A stretch of 63,451 nt of DNA from a virus (IMGVR_UViG_3300007960_000021:1-63451); one strand, 5' to 3'; positions 18,472-29,225 are shown, numbered from the stretch's first letter. The notes: a model not told the origin generated them from the letters alone. Made by a program: numbers and translations.

Positions 18472-20154
18472 ATGGCAAAAGCGCAGATTGAAATTCAGGT
18501 GGTCGCCCCGCGCCCGGTGTCGCAATCGTCGGCACCGGCGCGCAGTGGCGGTGCTGCGGCGTCTGCACCGCCATCTCCTGCCCCGTCGTCCTCTGGCGGA
18601 TCGTCTGCGTCTCCAGCCAGTGCGGCGGCTGCCGCTCCGAAGGCGGTCAATCAAGCTGCGGCGAGTCATGGCACTGACCAACTCGACAGTCGGCCGAGAC
18701 GTAGCTACAGCTACGAGGACGGCGGGCCGACTGTTGGCGATGCCCTTCGTGGCTTGACGGCTGCGGCTGGCACGCTTGCATCTGCTGGCCAAGGTCTTGC
18801 CGGGATCATTGATCCGGTCGCGGCGCAGGCCATTCAGTCGCTAAGTGCCATTGCCGGACAGGCGGTTACTGTCGTCAGGGCAGTCGGAGAGGCGGCCAAT
18901 GCTGCTCGCGGCAACACTGGCGTCAGGTATGACAGCAGAGGCAGGCGGACCACTTACAAGAGGACCCAACCGGCGTCGAGGTCAGTTGGCGTGTCAAATG
19001 GCCAGTCTAACACTGGACTTCCTGGTCGTCGTGCAGATTCGTCTGGCGACACGCCAACTGACTCCGGTTCCAGGCATGACGTGCTCTCTGCGTCGGCTGT
19101 CAAGGCGAGCGAATCGCTAGACCACCTTGCCGCAAGCGCTGGGAGTGCGTCTTCGGCAATCGCTGCGGGCTCACAGGCGGCTCCGACGGCCGATGCGAGC
19201 AAGATGCCGTCTGCGACCCCGTCCGCTGCTCCTGCGGCAAGCCAGGGGGCTCAGGCGACGCCTAAGGCGGCAACGGCTGCGTCTGCGGCGTCGAATAATG
19301 CGAGGACAGCCGCTGATATGACCCAGAAGATGGCTCCTGGGACTCGGTCGGTTGGAATTGCGTCTGGTGGCGTCAAGAAAGCTGCGGCGTCAACTGGAGC
19401 GACTGCCGGGACCGCAGTTGCGGCGAGGGCTGCTCCCGCCGCTGTTTCGGCGGCTGCCGGTGGGGCGACTGCCACTGCGGCCGGTTCGGCATCTGGCGGT
19501 GTTGCGGCTGGCCTTGGCGCCATCGCGGCCGTAGCGGCTCCTGCGGCTGTCGCGATTGCGGCGGTAGCTGGAGCGGCAACCGTGACCGCCATTGCCATTC
19601 ACCGTTTCGCGTCGGCGATGGAAAACGAAGCTCGCAATCTGTCTGACTTCGATGAGCGGCTGTCGCTGGCGGTGACACTGACGGACGTCGGTCGGGAGAT
19701 GCGAAGATTCCAGGCATCGCAGCGCATGAGCAAGGACTTGTCGGAGTTCGAGAAGTCCAGATTCAAAGTTGAAGACAAGATGGCTGGCATTGGCTTGGAG
19801 ATCAAGCTGCTGCTGGTCAGGATCGCCAATGCGGTCATGCCGATCGTCGAGCGAGGCTTGCCCTACATCGAGGCTGGCGTCATGCAGATTGGCGCGTTTA
19901 GCGACATGGTTCAGTCGCAAATTGAATGGTGGAAGGGCAACCAGGCTGAGTCTCTGCGACTGGCCGTCGAGTCGGTGAACAAGCAGGTCGAGATTGCACT
20001 TCTGCTGAAGAAGGCGCAGGAAGAGGACGATCCGCTGCAAGACCCGTTCACTGCCGACTTCCTGAACATTGGATGGGAAGCTGGGAAGGGTCGCGGATTC
20101 TTCCCAGGCTTGTTCCCGATCATGCAGATGGAGCCGATTGGCGGGGGATTCTAA
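18472..20154 (+). CDS. Tape-measure-like protein
   Basis: Very Ala/Ser/Gly-rich with a hydrophobic Ala stretch and helical C-terminus; position in tail module. Confidence 0.55.
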   Translation: MAKAQIEIQVVAPRPVSQSSAPARSGGAAASAPPSPAPSSSGGSSASPASAAAAAPKAVNQAAASHGTDQLDSRPRRSYSYEDGGPTVGDALRGLTAAAGTLASAGQGLAGIIDPVAAQAIQSLSAIAGQAVTVVRAVGEAANAARGNTGVRYDSRGRRTTYKRTQPASRSVGVSNGQSNTGLPGRRADSSGDTPTDSGSRHDVLSASAVKASESLDHLAASAGSASSAIAAGSQAAPTADASKMPSATPSAAPAASQGAQATPKAATAASAASNNARTAADMTQKMAPGTRSVGIASGGVKKAAASTGATAGTAVAARAAPAAVSAAAGGATATAAGSASGGVAAGLGAIAAVAAPAAVAIAAVAGAATVTAIAIHRFASAMENEARNLSDFDERLSLAVTLTDVGREMRRFQASQRMSKDLSEFEKSRFKVEDKMAGIGLEIKLLLVRIANAVMPIVERGLPYIEAGVMQIGAFSDMVQSQIEWWKGNQAESLRLAVESVNKQVEIALLLKKAQEEDDPLQDPFTADFLNIGWEAGKGRGFFPGLFPIMQMEPIGGGF

Positions 20155-21821
20155 TGCCTGGACTTCCGATTACTGGAACGCTGTCGTACAACGGCTACTC
20201 GTTTGACGGTGCGACTCATGTTCAGACGTCGCAGACGCCGGTTCGTGACGAGGCGAACAGAACTGTCATCTACGTTGAAATCGCCATCAACGTGACCGCG
20301 ATCATTGCCGTTCGCCCTACCGACGGCTCGCTTGAAAACATCCGAAAGCGACTGTCGCAGGACTCCGGTCCATTGATCTACTCGCACAAGGGGTTCAGTC
20401 AGAATCTTCGCGTCAATGTTGGCGGCGGCGTGACTGACGTCAAGTTCGGCCCGAAGACCGACGTTGTTCGGTTTACTCCCATCGGAGACAACAACGCTGC
20501 GGAAGTGTCAATGACGATCCGCACATGGATACCCGACTGTCCGTGGGGAACGCACCAGCGAGACAATGGCATCCTGGCGTTCAACTACGACGTAAACTAT
20601 TCGCGTGACGAAGGCGGATACGTGACGCGAACGATCAGCGGATACATTGAGATCGCGCTGAACAGAAAGGGTCGATTCATTCACCGAACCGCAGACCAGT
20701 ATGCCGAATGGTTCAAGGTGAGGCCCCCGAAGGGATTCAAGAGGACTCAGTCGAGGCATGTGTCGAAGGACAAGAGGCGGCTTGACTTCTCGATCACTGA
20801 CCAGCAGATAAAGACTCGCAATGCGTATCCGACAAAGACGATTGCGATAAGCGGCGGGCATCGACTGAGCTGGGGCCGCTCCAAAGGTGGATCAATGATT
20901 CACCGAAACTCCATCTCGATGAACATTGAGCCAGAGTTTGGTACGAACCCGTCGAACGCATGGGCATGGTTCGCGGCTGTCGTCACGCAGCGAATGCGGC
21001 ACACCATGAACAGAGGCAAGTGGGTGCTCCTCGACTCGTTGGAGGTAAGCGAAGACCTGTACGGGATGCCGGTGTCATTCAGCGCTGGGTATCGCTTCAT
21101 CGGCGCAATACGCGACTTCATTGGCGACAGTGGAATATGGAGGCCGTTGCCTGGCGACTGGGACCTGTGGCAAACTTCGCTGAGCGGCAGCATGTTTGCT
21201 CCGAGAGGACTGAGCGGACTGACGACGTATCCGGAGGAAGACTTCATTCTTGATCCATGCGGCCCTGACTCGCCGATCACTGTCGGGAAGCAGGCGAAGA
21301 CCCCGCCGCGTCCCGTGTACGCAAAGTACATCCTGCAAAACGAGCAGCCGCCGCCAGAGAAGAGTTGGATCAAGTACGACACTGTCTTGCGGCCAAGCAG
21401 GGTACACCCGACGGCAAGGCTGTCGTACATGCAGACGCCGCCGATTGACAGGCAGGACCCGCACCAGACGACTGGCGTATTTGCCATGTCCGACGACCAC
21501 CGGCAGAAGAATGACGAGATACAGAAGTCGGGGGCACCAAGGTACTCGATGTCTCTTGTTGGCCACGCAATGCGGGCTGGGCATGAGATTCCGAGGCCGA
21601 AGCTGCAGGCGAAAGGGCAGGTGCTTGAAGAGGAGTCTGACAGCCTGTTCGAGCTTCGGACTTTTGGTAATTTCCTTGGAGTGACTGTCTACAGTGCTCG
21701 CTGGGCGTTAAATTACATTCTCGACAGGCCCCCGGAAACCGTAAGTCCGGTTGGGCCAATTGGCAAGCCCGATGAGGGCATAGGTAGCAGTGGCGTCGCT
21801 GAGGCGCCGAGGAGCAAATGA
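20154..21821 (+). CDS. Putative tail/baseplate protein
   Basis: Follows tape measure; beta-rich (VTRTISGYIEI, LDFSITDQQ). Confidence 0.45.
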   Translation: MPGLPITGTLSYNGYSFDGATHVQTSQTPVRDEANRTVIYVEIAINVTAIIAVRPTDGSLENIRKRLSQDSGPLIYSHKGFSQNLRVNVGGGVTDVKFGPKTDVVRFTPIGDNNAAEVSMTIRTWIPDCPWGTHQRDNGILAFNYDVNYSRDEGGYVTRTISGYIEIALNRKGRFIHRTADQYAEWFKVRPPKGFKRTQSRHVSKDKRRLDFSITDQQIKTRNAYPTKTIAISGGHRLSWGRSKGGSMIHRNSISMNIEPEFGTNPSNAWAWFAAVVTQRMRHTMNRGKWVLLDSLEVSEDLYGMPVSFSAGYRFIGAIRDFIGDSGIWRPLPGDWDLWQTSLSGSMFAPRGLSGLTTYPEEDFILDPCGPDSPITVGKQAKTPPRPVYAKYILQNEQPPPEKSWIKYDTVLRPSRVHPTARLSYMQTPPIDRQDPHQTTGVFAMSDDHRQKNDEIQKSGAPRYSMSLVGHAMRAGHEIPRPKLQAKGQVLEEESDSLFELRTFGNFLGVTVYSARWALNYILDRPPETVSPVGPIGKPDEGIGSSGVAEAPRSK

Positions 21822-22318
21822 TGGCGAAGCGATCGGTAAAGCGGAATTCCAGGGTGCAAAAGCCGCGTGAGCTTGACACGTTCTCGGCGAACGCGGTCAT
21901 TGAGGCGGCGTACCTCAACAACGGGCGAGCCTACACCAAGGAACTTCTTGATGAGATTCAAAACGGGTGCAAGAGTCTCGGATCGACCATTAGCGGGCTG
22001 GAGGTAATCCAGCTATGCAACATGGTCTCGGACAAGCTGTACAGTCCGATCGACGAGTCTGATAATCCGGCGATTGTCGAAGTTCGCGGGAATGCAGTTT
22101 CGCTTGTCGAGTTGCTGCTTGAGATCGAGAAGCTTGAGCGGCATCACGAAATCGGCCGGTCGTCCGACCTGACTCGGCAGTTTGCACTTGACGTCCACTT
22201 GGCCGCGAAGAGGTTCGGCCTTGAGTTGGCTGACGAATTTGAAGCCGTGAGGGTGTGGCGTGACGTCGGCGAGAAGGTGCAGAACGCAAAAAAAAATTCA
22301 AGCATCGTTTTGACCTGA
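21818..22318 (+). CDS. Tail assembly chaperone (G-like)
   Basis: Ends ...NAKKNSSIVLT* across an A9 slippery run; the next ORF is in the -1 frame. Confidence 0.55.
   Translation: MMAKRSVKRNSRVQKPRELDTFSANAVIEAAYLNNGRAYTKELLDEIQNGCKSLGSTISGLEVIQLCNMVSDKLYSPIDESDNPAIVEVRGNAVSLVELLLEIEKLERHHEIGRSSDLTRQFALDVHLAAKRFGLELADEFEAVRVWRDVGEKVQNAKKNSSIVLT
22288..22297 (+). other. Predicted -1 programmed ribosomal frameshift site
   Basis: GCA AAA AAA AAT; the -1 frame reads KKFKHRFDL-MSHYG without a stop into ORF 22318-22578. Confidence 0.6.
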
Positions 22319-22578
22319 TGTCCCACTACGGTGTCGATACGATCGCATGGACTGACGAGCAGGTGCTCGGCGGAATTGCGAACATGGACAGGTCGAAGGC
22401 GAGGCGGCAGATTGAGAGCGGGGCGTGCCCTGACGAGGACTTCGAGTACATCTACCAGCTTTACATGCTTGCGTACGACGATCTGTCGAGAGCCGCAAGA
22501 GCCAGGGACGATGCTCGGCGTGAGTCAATGAAGAGAAAGACAGAAGCTGCCATGGCAGGGAGAACGAATGGCCACTAA
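22318..22578 (+). CDS. Tail assembly chaperone T-like frameshift extension
   Basis: Lies in the -1 frame of the upstream ORF, open back to the slippery site. Confidence 0.5.
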   Translation: MSHYGVDTIAWTDEQVLGGIANMDRSKARRQIESGACPDEDFEYIYQLYMLAYDDLSRAARARDDARRESMKRKTEAAMAGRTNGH

Positions 22579-25500
22579 TCGCCAGGTTCATAACGCACAG
22601 AAGAAGATGCTGTCTGGGAGGGCCAAGACTTCCGGATACACGCCAGTGTCTCCGTACGCATGGTTTTCACGCATCCGCGACCTGCCAGTCCTGACGTTTG
22701 AGTCGATCGAGATGATGCTTGTCGATCAGACGATACGGCTCGGCCTGTCGATGCGAGCGGCCCCGGTTCAATCTGCCGAGTTCGGATTCGAGAAGGACGG
22801 GCAGTTTGTTCAGGGCGTTCGCTGCCACCACAAAGGTGTTGCACAATGGGTCTCGGCTATGCTCAAAAAGCTTTGGGCGTACGAGATTCACAAGGTCCTT
22901 TCGTCGCAGATTTGGGGATGGTCTTGCGGCGAAGTCATGTGGAAGACTGGTCGAGTTGAAGGCAAGAAGCGAATCGTCGTCGATGAGCTGCTTGACCGGC
23001 ACGCAAGAGACTGTCAGGCCATCGACCTGGATGGACAGTTCTGGGGCGTTCAGTTTGGCGGGATACCAGATCGCGGAAACGTCCAGCTTCCGTCTGGAAA
23101 GTCGTACTGGCATTCGTTCGAGGCCGAGGGCGGAAGCTACTACGGCAAGAGCGTGATGAACGGCCCGCATTCTGCTTGGTACGACAAGTGGTGTCAGGGC
23201 GGCGCGTTGGACGTTCGCAGGCTGTTCATGCTGGCCAATGCGTTCAGCGGTCGAAAGGTCAGATACCCTGAGGGCGTACAGTCGATCGAGGGACTTGGCG
23301 AGAACATTCCGAACCGCGATATCGCAAGGATGCTTGTCGAGCAGATCATGTCCGGTGGCGTGCTGGCAATTCCGATTGCGTACGACGAGCAGGGCAGGGA
23401 GACGTGGAAAGTTGAGGAAGCGTCGTTTCCGTCTTCGCCTTCGCACATCCTTGAGTATCCTGAAAAGATCGACGTTGACATTCTGCATGGACTCGATATC
23501 CCTGACGACTTCATCACTGGCAACAGTGGTGGCGGTGCGTGGCAAGGGAAGATGGTTCCGATGCAGGCTTTCTACATGGGCCTGAACAGGTTTGGTCTGT
23601 CGGTGCTCAAGTCGATGATTCGGCAGGTTATTGAGCCGGGCGTGTTTGCGAACTTCGGGAAGGCGATCGACTTCGACGTCGAGATGAAGCGGCTCGACAA
23701 GCAGGCGATGGAGATGCAAAAGCCTGGCGGGCAAGAGGCTCCCGGCGTCCCTCCTGGCGGCGCTCCTGGTGGAATGCCCGGTGGTCTTCCTGGCGGTGCT
23801 CCCGGTGGTCCTCCTGGTGGCGGAATGATCGGCATGTCGGCGATGGAGCAGGACGGCGGGCATTACGTCACCGCTGACCAGTTGGCTTCGGCGGCAAGAA
23901 GGGCGATGCGACTCGCTCTTGACGGCGCACAGTGGAACGTCACCGGCGCCGGATCATTCATGCTTCGTCGAGGCGACAAGCGACGCCCGTACTCGTGCTT
24001 GATGCTCCCGCTGCCGAACGACCTTGCCGACGATGTTCGTCGTTACGCGGTGACGATGATCGACAAGGAAGACTTGGCCGAGAAGGGCATTGAGGCGGAC
24101 CCGCACGTTACTGTCGCCTACGGCCTTGAGACTGACGACGTTCGCCAGATAGAGCACATCGCTGCCCAGGAAGGCCCGGTCCCGCTGTGGATGATCGGCC
24201 TGAGTTTGTTCAGTTCGCCAGAGCATGACGTCCTCAAGATTGAAGTCCAGAGCGCGGCACTGAACAGGCTTCGCACTGCGGTCTTGTCTGCGATACCAAA
24301 CACGCAGACATACGACGAATACGTCCCGCACGTCACTGTCGCGTACCTGAAGCCTGGCACTGGAGAGAAGTACGTCAACGCCGACTCGCAGATAACCCGC
24401 GAGCCTGGGCATGTCGCTACGTGGCTGAAGTTCAGCGACAGGAACGGAGTCAAGACGGACATTTGCCTGCGAGGCATCGTTAGATTCTCCGCTGACGCTG
24501 GAGAGTTGAATCGCCGCGCGCAACAGGCAGAGGCGGAAGGCCGGAAGCGAGTAGCTTCCATGCTGCGAACTCTCGCGAAGAAGGCGGCTGACGTCCAGCC
24601 GCTTGAGGAGGCTCCGAAGCCTGTTGCTGCGCCAAAGCGTGAAGGCAAGCCGCGACGCCCTGGAAAGCCGACGCTGCGAGGGAGAGGCGAGAAGCGCGGC
24701 GCGACAGCAGGCCCTGACTTGACTCCGCCGACGCCAGTCGCTGGAGAAGTGCAGGGGCAGAAGACGCGACGCAAGGCTGACCGTGTGAGGACCGTGAAGG
24801 GCAATGCCGCAGCCAAAGCCGCATCGCAGTTCCTGAAGGAAGGCAAGCTTGAGGACGCGGTGCGAGAGATGAAGGCCGCTGAGGAATACGGCGTGCCTGG
24901 CGGCGACATCCTGAAGCTGCGAAAGCGAGTCGCGAAGCTTCGCAAGGAATACATTGCGAGGAACGCCGCAAAGCTCACTGAGGAGTTTGCGAGGGCTGCC
25001 GCACACCGAGCCAAGGAAGAGGCTGACAAGTTCATCAAGGCAAGGACCGGGACGTACAAGGACGTTCTGAAAAAGCTGACGTTTGCGAATGGAGGCTCGA
25101 TTGCCGTCGGCAACGACAGGTCTATCAAGGCCCCTCCCGCAACGTGGAAGCTGTACCTGAAGAACGAAAAGGGCAAGCCCGTCTTGGATGAAGACGGAAA
25201 GAAGATTTACATTGGCGACGCAAAGTTTTCGGGCGGGACGGTTGTCGGCACTGTGAGGATGATCTGGAAGCCGAAGCTGCTTGACGCCAACTGGCATCAG
25301 GCTGACATTCGGTACGAGATGCAGGGGTTTGATAAGGACGGAACGCTGCACAAGCAACGGAAGACGATCACCATTGACATCGTTGGCGACAACATCCTCG
25401 GCGCTGTCACGCCAGTCAACCGTCCTCAGAAAACCAGAAGCGCGTCCAAGCCGGGCGACCGTGACGCTCAAAAGATGGTATGGGAGGCCAAGCACGACAG

Positions 25501-27049
25501 GCCGCGTCTCAATACTGAGACAGACGACGACGAAGGCGGCGCCACCGAGATGAGCCTTATCAAACTCGGAATGGACGCAACGGAACTCCTGCGACGGTCA
25601 GCGGAAGCTGCCGCTGCCGGAAAGAAACGAGTTGCGTCCGGCCTGGCAACGAGAGCAAAGAGAGCCGGGGCCAGTGACGCGCAGATCAAGCGTGCCATGT
25701 CCGGCAAGATGCCTGCTGGCGCGAAGGCCGCAAGGAAGCCTGCTGTCGCGAAAGGGAGAAAGGCAGGCGGGAAGTCTCGCCCAATGACAGAGGCGGATGC
25801 AAATGACGCAGAGTTGTTTCACAGGGCATTCTCGGCGATATTCACGTCAGCGCCAGCGGCAAAAGCGATTAAAGCAGAAGATGTCCCTGATCGCCTCACT
25901 GGCAAAAATGCCACAAAGATAGCAGAGAAGAGTGCCAAGAAAATCAAGGCAAGCATTGCTTCGCATTACGGTGCTATCCTTAACAAGGGCGTCTCGAAAG
26001 ATGACCTAAAAAAAGCATCTGCGATGCTGAGCAGAGAAGACTACGACGACTACGAAGACTACGGAGACTACTCAGGTGATTACGCTGAGTACACTCCTCG
26101 TGACCGCAGCAAGCTCAGCCTTGGCGAGAGTGTCGTTGCTGACATCGTTGACGGATGGGCGGGGACAAGTGCAGATCACAGCGCGATTGCGATTGCCGTT
26201 CAAGAATTGATTGGAGAAAGATTTAAGATAAAGGCCGCGTATGATCCAGGCCAGCAAATGCGACGCCGTGGAAAGGGAGCAGCGATAGACAAAGCGAAGG
26301 AAGCGATGAGGGTGGCCGTGTTTGCGTTTGCGGATCATGTCTACGCCGAGACGCAAGAGGCATACAAAAAGGCTGGCGTTACTCACGTACCACTGTGGCG
26401 CGGAATGGATACCAAGCAGAAGCTGGCGAACGCGGGCCACGACGGAGGTCGGTATGACGCGAATGCAGACATTGCACTTCAGCCTCTGTCTTCGTTCTCG
26501 ATGGACCGGGGGACGGCTGACGGATTTGGCGACACGCTCATTGCATCGTTAGTCCCGGTCGAAAACATATTTTGCACATTCGGAACAGGGCTTGGATGCG
26601 CAGGAGAAAGCGAGGTTGTTGTTTTCGGAAGGCCGCTAAAGGCTGCCGCCGTAACTGGCGGAGACGATTTCTTTGAATATCTAAAGCCGGAGCGTCACGA
26701 AGAGGCGGCCAAGAACAAGAAAAAAGTTCCTGTTAAAAAGCTTGCAGAGTCATACGCATCCATAGCGAGCCATCCAAACATCAAGTCGAATAAGACAGTG
26801 CATTCGGCAGTAAAACAAATTGCCAAGTTCGCCTCAGGAAAAATGAAGGATTTGAACAGTGGCAACAAAGGCAAGCTGCCTAGCTCTCAGGTGTTTGACA
26901 TTGCCAAAAAGCTCAAGGCCGCTGGCGTTATTAGCAGCGGCACTGCAGACAAGATGATTGTCTCGGCATATCCGTGGGGCGAGGGCAATCCAGGGAAGTA
27001 TTTGGCAGATGTTCTTGCGAAAATCAAGTTGAAATACAAGGTCAAGTAG
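22568..27049 (+). CDS. Portal protein (Mu gp29/DUF935-like) fused to 2H phosphoesterase (Acb1-like), unknown module and ADP-ribosyltransferase
   Basis: N-terminal ~380 aa portal-like (WGWSCGEVMW, SYYGKSVM..PHSAWYDK); Gly/Pro linker; two HVTV motifs (24104, 24329); C-terminal LWRG...LSSFS...ESEVVV. Confidence 0.8.
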   Translation: MATNRQVHNAQKKMLSGRAKTSGYTPVSPYAWFSRIRDLPVLTFESIEMMLVDQTIRLGLSMRAAPVQSAEFGFEKDGQFVQGVRCHHKGVAQWVSAMLKKLWAYEIHKVLSSQIWGWSCGEVMWKTGRVEGKKRIVVDELLDRHARDCQAIDLDGQFWGVQFGGIPDRGNVQLPSGKSYWHSFEAEGGSYYGKSVMNGPHSAWYDKWCQGGALDVRRLFMLANAFSGRKVRYPEGVQSIEGLGENIPNRDIARMLVEQIMSGGVLAIPIAYDEQGRETWKVEEASFPSSPSHILEYPEKIDVDILHGLDIPDDFITGNSGGGAWQGKMVPMQAFYMGLNRFGLSVLKSMIRQVIEPGVFANFGKAIDFDVEMKRLDKQAMEMQKPGGQEAPGVPPGGAPGGMPGGLPGGAPGGPPGGGMIGMSAMEQDGGHYVTADQLASAARRAMRLALDGAQWNVTGAGSFMLRRGDKRRPYSCLMLPLPNDLADDVRRYAVTMIDKEDLAEKGIEADPHVTVAYGLETDDVRQIEHIAAQEGPVPLWMIGLSLFSSPEHDVLKIEVQSAALNRLRTAVLSAIPNTQTYDEYVPHVTVAYLKPGTGEKYVNADSQITREPGHVATWLKFSDRNGVKTDICLRGIVRFSADAGELNRRAQQAEAEGRKRVASMLRTLAKKAADVQPLEEAPKPVAAPKREGKPRRPGKPTLRGRGEKRGATAGPDLTPPTPVAGEVQGQKTRRKADRVRTVKGNAAAKAASQFLKEGKLEDAVREMKAAEEYGVPGGDILKLRKRVAKLRKEYIARNAAKLTEEFARAAAHRAKEEADKFIKARTGTYKDVLKKLTFANGGSIAVGNDRSIKAPPATWKLYLKNEKGKPVLDEDGKKIYIGDAKFSGGTVVGTVRMIWKPKLLDANWHQADIRYEMQGFDKDGTLHKQRKTITIDIVGDNILGAVTPVNRPQKTRSASKPGDRDAQKMVWEAKHDRPRLNTETDDDEGGATEMSLIKLGMDATELLRRSAEAAAAGKKRVASGLATRAKRAGASDAQIKRAMSGKMPAGAKAARKPAVAKGRKAGGKSRPMTEADANDAELFHRAFSAIFTSAPAAKAIKAEDVPDRLTGKNATKIAEKSAKKIKASIASHYGAILNKGVSKDDLKKASAMLSREDYDDYEDYGDYSGDYAEYTPRDRSKLSLGESVVADIVDGWAGTSADHSAIAIAVQELIGERFKIKAAYDPGQQMRRRGKGAAIDKAKEAMRVAVFAFADHVYAETQEAYKKAGVTHVPLWRGMDTKQKLANAGHDGGRYDANADIALQPLSSFSMDRGTADGFGDTLIASLVPVENIFCTFGTGLGCAGESEVVVFGRPLKAAAVTGGDDFFEYLKPERHEEAAKNKKKVPVKKLAESYASIASHPNIKSNKTVHSAVKQIAKFASGKMKDLNSGNKGKLPSSQVFDIAKKLKAAGVISSGTADKMIVSAYPWGEGNPGKYLADVLAKIKLKYKVK
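25506..25521 (+). repeat. 16-bp palindrome, 1-mismatch copy inside portal CDS
   Basis: GTCTCAATACTGAGAC. Confidence 0.85.
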
Positions 27050-27050
27050 C

Positions 27051-29225
27051 ATGCCTTTGCCTGCCGCAATTCGCTTTGCTGAGTCTGGGTGGATTCCCTA
27101 CAAGGGACCGAAGGGTGGCGTTGGCTGGCAGAACCAGTCAACGGGCAAGGTCGTGTACCAAGAGAAGCAGCCTGGAGCCAGCACCAAGCCGAAAAAGATT
27201 GACTACGAGGGATTGCTGCTGGAAGACGAAAAGGAGAGCGAGTACGGCAAGAAGACCTACATTGAGAGCCACAAGGAACTCGACGGCCTGGTCAAGCAGA
27301 TGAAGAAGGTCGTTTCCGGCATGGGCCACTCAGGGATGCTCAAGGGATACGAGGTAGCAGAGTTTAACCTTGGAACTGGAGAGCTTGACGTAAAGAAGAC
27401 CCTGGAGGGGATATCCTACGTTGCCATGAAGGCCGTTAGCAAGCTCGCATCTGCATCGGGCATGAACGATCAGGTTCTCGCCTCGGACGTTCTTCGCACT
27501 GTCATTGGCGCATTCGATTCTGCTGGAATTTCGTACGGTGTTCTTGGGAAGTACGAAGCGGGGCAGATCAAGGATGCTCTGAGCGACTCCGTGAACAAGA
27601 GCGTCATTGACCACTACCGATCGACGTTTGCTGCAGCGGCGTTTTCGTATTCCATGTCGCTCAGGAAGGACGTCGGCGAGTACATTGGCCTTGACAACGA
27701 AGAGCTTGAAAGCAGCGAGCACGCAGGTAAGTCCATGGAGATGCTTGTCGATTCGCTCGCGGACGATATGGCGAGTAATCATCACGCAATTCGCGCGAAA
27801 GCCATGGAGCTGACGAAGCGGCTGGCGACGACGATCGTGCTTAGCGGAACAGCGCTTCCAGAGGTAATGCCGCTTGCGAGCGTGAGTGATCTCGTGAAGG
27901 CATACAGCTTGGCCGCTTACGAAACCGGATACGGCAAGGACCTCGATGCGGCGGTGAAGGAGTCAATCGACAACGACTATGAAGGCGACCCTGACTATGA
28001 CGACGACGCCCCGCCGATAGGCGACGACTACGAGGACATTGACAGCCTCGACGATCTTCTGCCTGACGTTGACGACATTGGCGACGACGATGTGGCCATC
28101 CCGCCGCCGATTCCAACGAGACCGCCTCTCATTAAAAGGTACGCTGGCGGGCCGACTGACGACACTTTGTCGCAACCTCTGTCGAGCCCTGAGGACTCGG
28201 AGACCGGGAGGGCAATTGTCTGGCACTTCGCGAACGTGATTCAAAAGGGGCTGATCGACAAAGTCCCTCTTGCGTCTGACGAATTCAAGGAGAAGCTCAA
28301 GCACAATTCAGTGTTCCTTGAGCACCAAACAATCAAAGCGTCGCCAGAAGTTACCGTTGCCATGAAGCACGCCATTGCCGTAGATTGCGGCAAGGGGATA
28401 GATGACAGGGTCTCCCCTGAAAGAGTCAAGGCATTCAGTGAGTTCGTCAGGAAGCGAGGCGCAAGGAGTTACTCGAATCTGAAGGGGAGGTTGACTGACG
28501 GAGAGGTAGCGGCGGCGGAACTTGTCACGACCTGGGCGCACAGTTCGGACGGGTCTAGCGACCTAAGCTGGGCGCTGCAGCACGCCGCCGAGGAAATGTT
28601 TGGACTCAAGGACCCGTACAGAACGACAAGAGCGTCTACGCCCTATGCCACAAAGGGGAAGGAGATTCTTGAGGAGTATGGCGACGTTATCGGCGCATTC
28701 ATGGAGCACACTTACGAGCAAACGCAGGCCATGCTTGCCGACGCTGGTATCAAGCACGTCACCCTGTACCGTGGAATCACCATGAGCACCGCGCAGAAAA
28801 ACCGACTGAATCTTGACACGGTCGCGATCAAGTCATTCAGCGGAAGCACGACCATTCGCAGGTCTGGACGCGACGGAGAGGACGTGTCCATGCAGCCGCT
28901 TTCGTCGTTCTCAACATCCCCTGGCACGGCTGCGGAGTTTGGTGAAGTTATGATTGCGGCGGTGGTTCCTGCGGAGGCGATATTCTCGTCGGCGTTTACT
29001 GGGACTGGGTGCCTGAACGAATCGGAGCTTGTCGTCCTGTCCCACAAGATGAACGCTACGGTTCTTGACTTCGGTGACTCAGACTCAGATGCGTACACCG
29101 CAAAAAAGTACTGGGAACTCGCAAGCGGAGAGCTTGACCACGAGAATCAGTCGTCGGTTGCAGGAAAGTCCTCGCCAGACGATGATTACCTCAATGGGCT
29201 TGACGACCTATTTGACGACCTATGA
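27051..29225 (+). CDS. ADP-ribosyltransferase-domain protein with N-terminal tag B
   Basis: TLYRGI...QPLSSFS...NESELVVL (R-S-ExE); N-terminal GWxxYxGPxGGVGWxNxxTGKVVYQ tag. Confidence 0.75.
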   Translation: MPLPAAIRFAESGWIPYKGPKGGVGWQNQSTGKVVYQEKQPGASTKPKKIDYEGLLLEDEKESEYGKKTYIESHKELDGLVKQMKKVVSGMGHSGMLKGYEVAEFNLGTGELDVKKTLEGISYVAMKAVSKLASASGMNDQVLASDVLRTVIGAFDSAGISYGVLGKYEAGQIKDALSDSVNKSVIDHYRSTFAAAAFSYSMSLRKDVGEYIGLDNEELESSEHAGKSMEMLVDSLADDMASNHHAIRAKAMELTKRLATTIVLSGTALPEVMPLASVSDLVKAYSLAAYETGYGKDLDAAVKESIDNDYEGDPDYDDDAPPIGDDYEDIDSLDDLLPDVDDIGDDDVAIPPPIPTRPPLIKRYAGGPTDDTLSQPLSSPEDSETGRAIVWHFANVIQKGLIDKVPLASDEFKEKLKHNSVFLEHQTIKASPEVTVAMKHAIAVDCGKGIDDRVSPERVKAFSEFVRKRGARSYSNLKGRLTDGEVAAAELVTTWAHSSDGSSDLSWALQHAAEEMFGLKDPYRTTRASTPYATKGKEILEEYGDVIGAFMEHTYEQTQAMLADAGIKHVTLYRGITMSTAQKNRLNLDTVAIKSFSGSTTIRRSGRDGEDVSMQPLSSFSTSPGTAAEFGEVMIAAVVPAEAIFSSAFTGTGCLNESELVVLSHKMNATVLDFGDSDSDAYTAKKYWELASGELDHENQSSVAGKSSPDDDYLNGLDDLFDDL

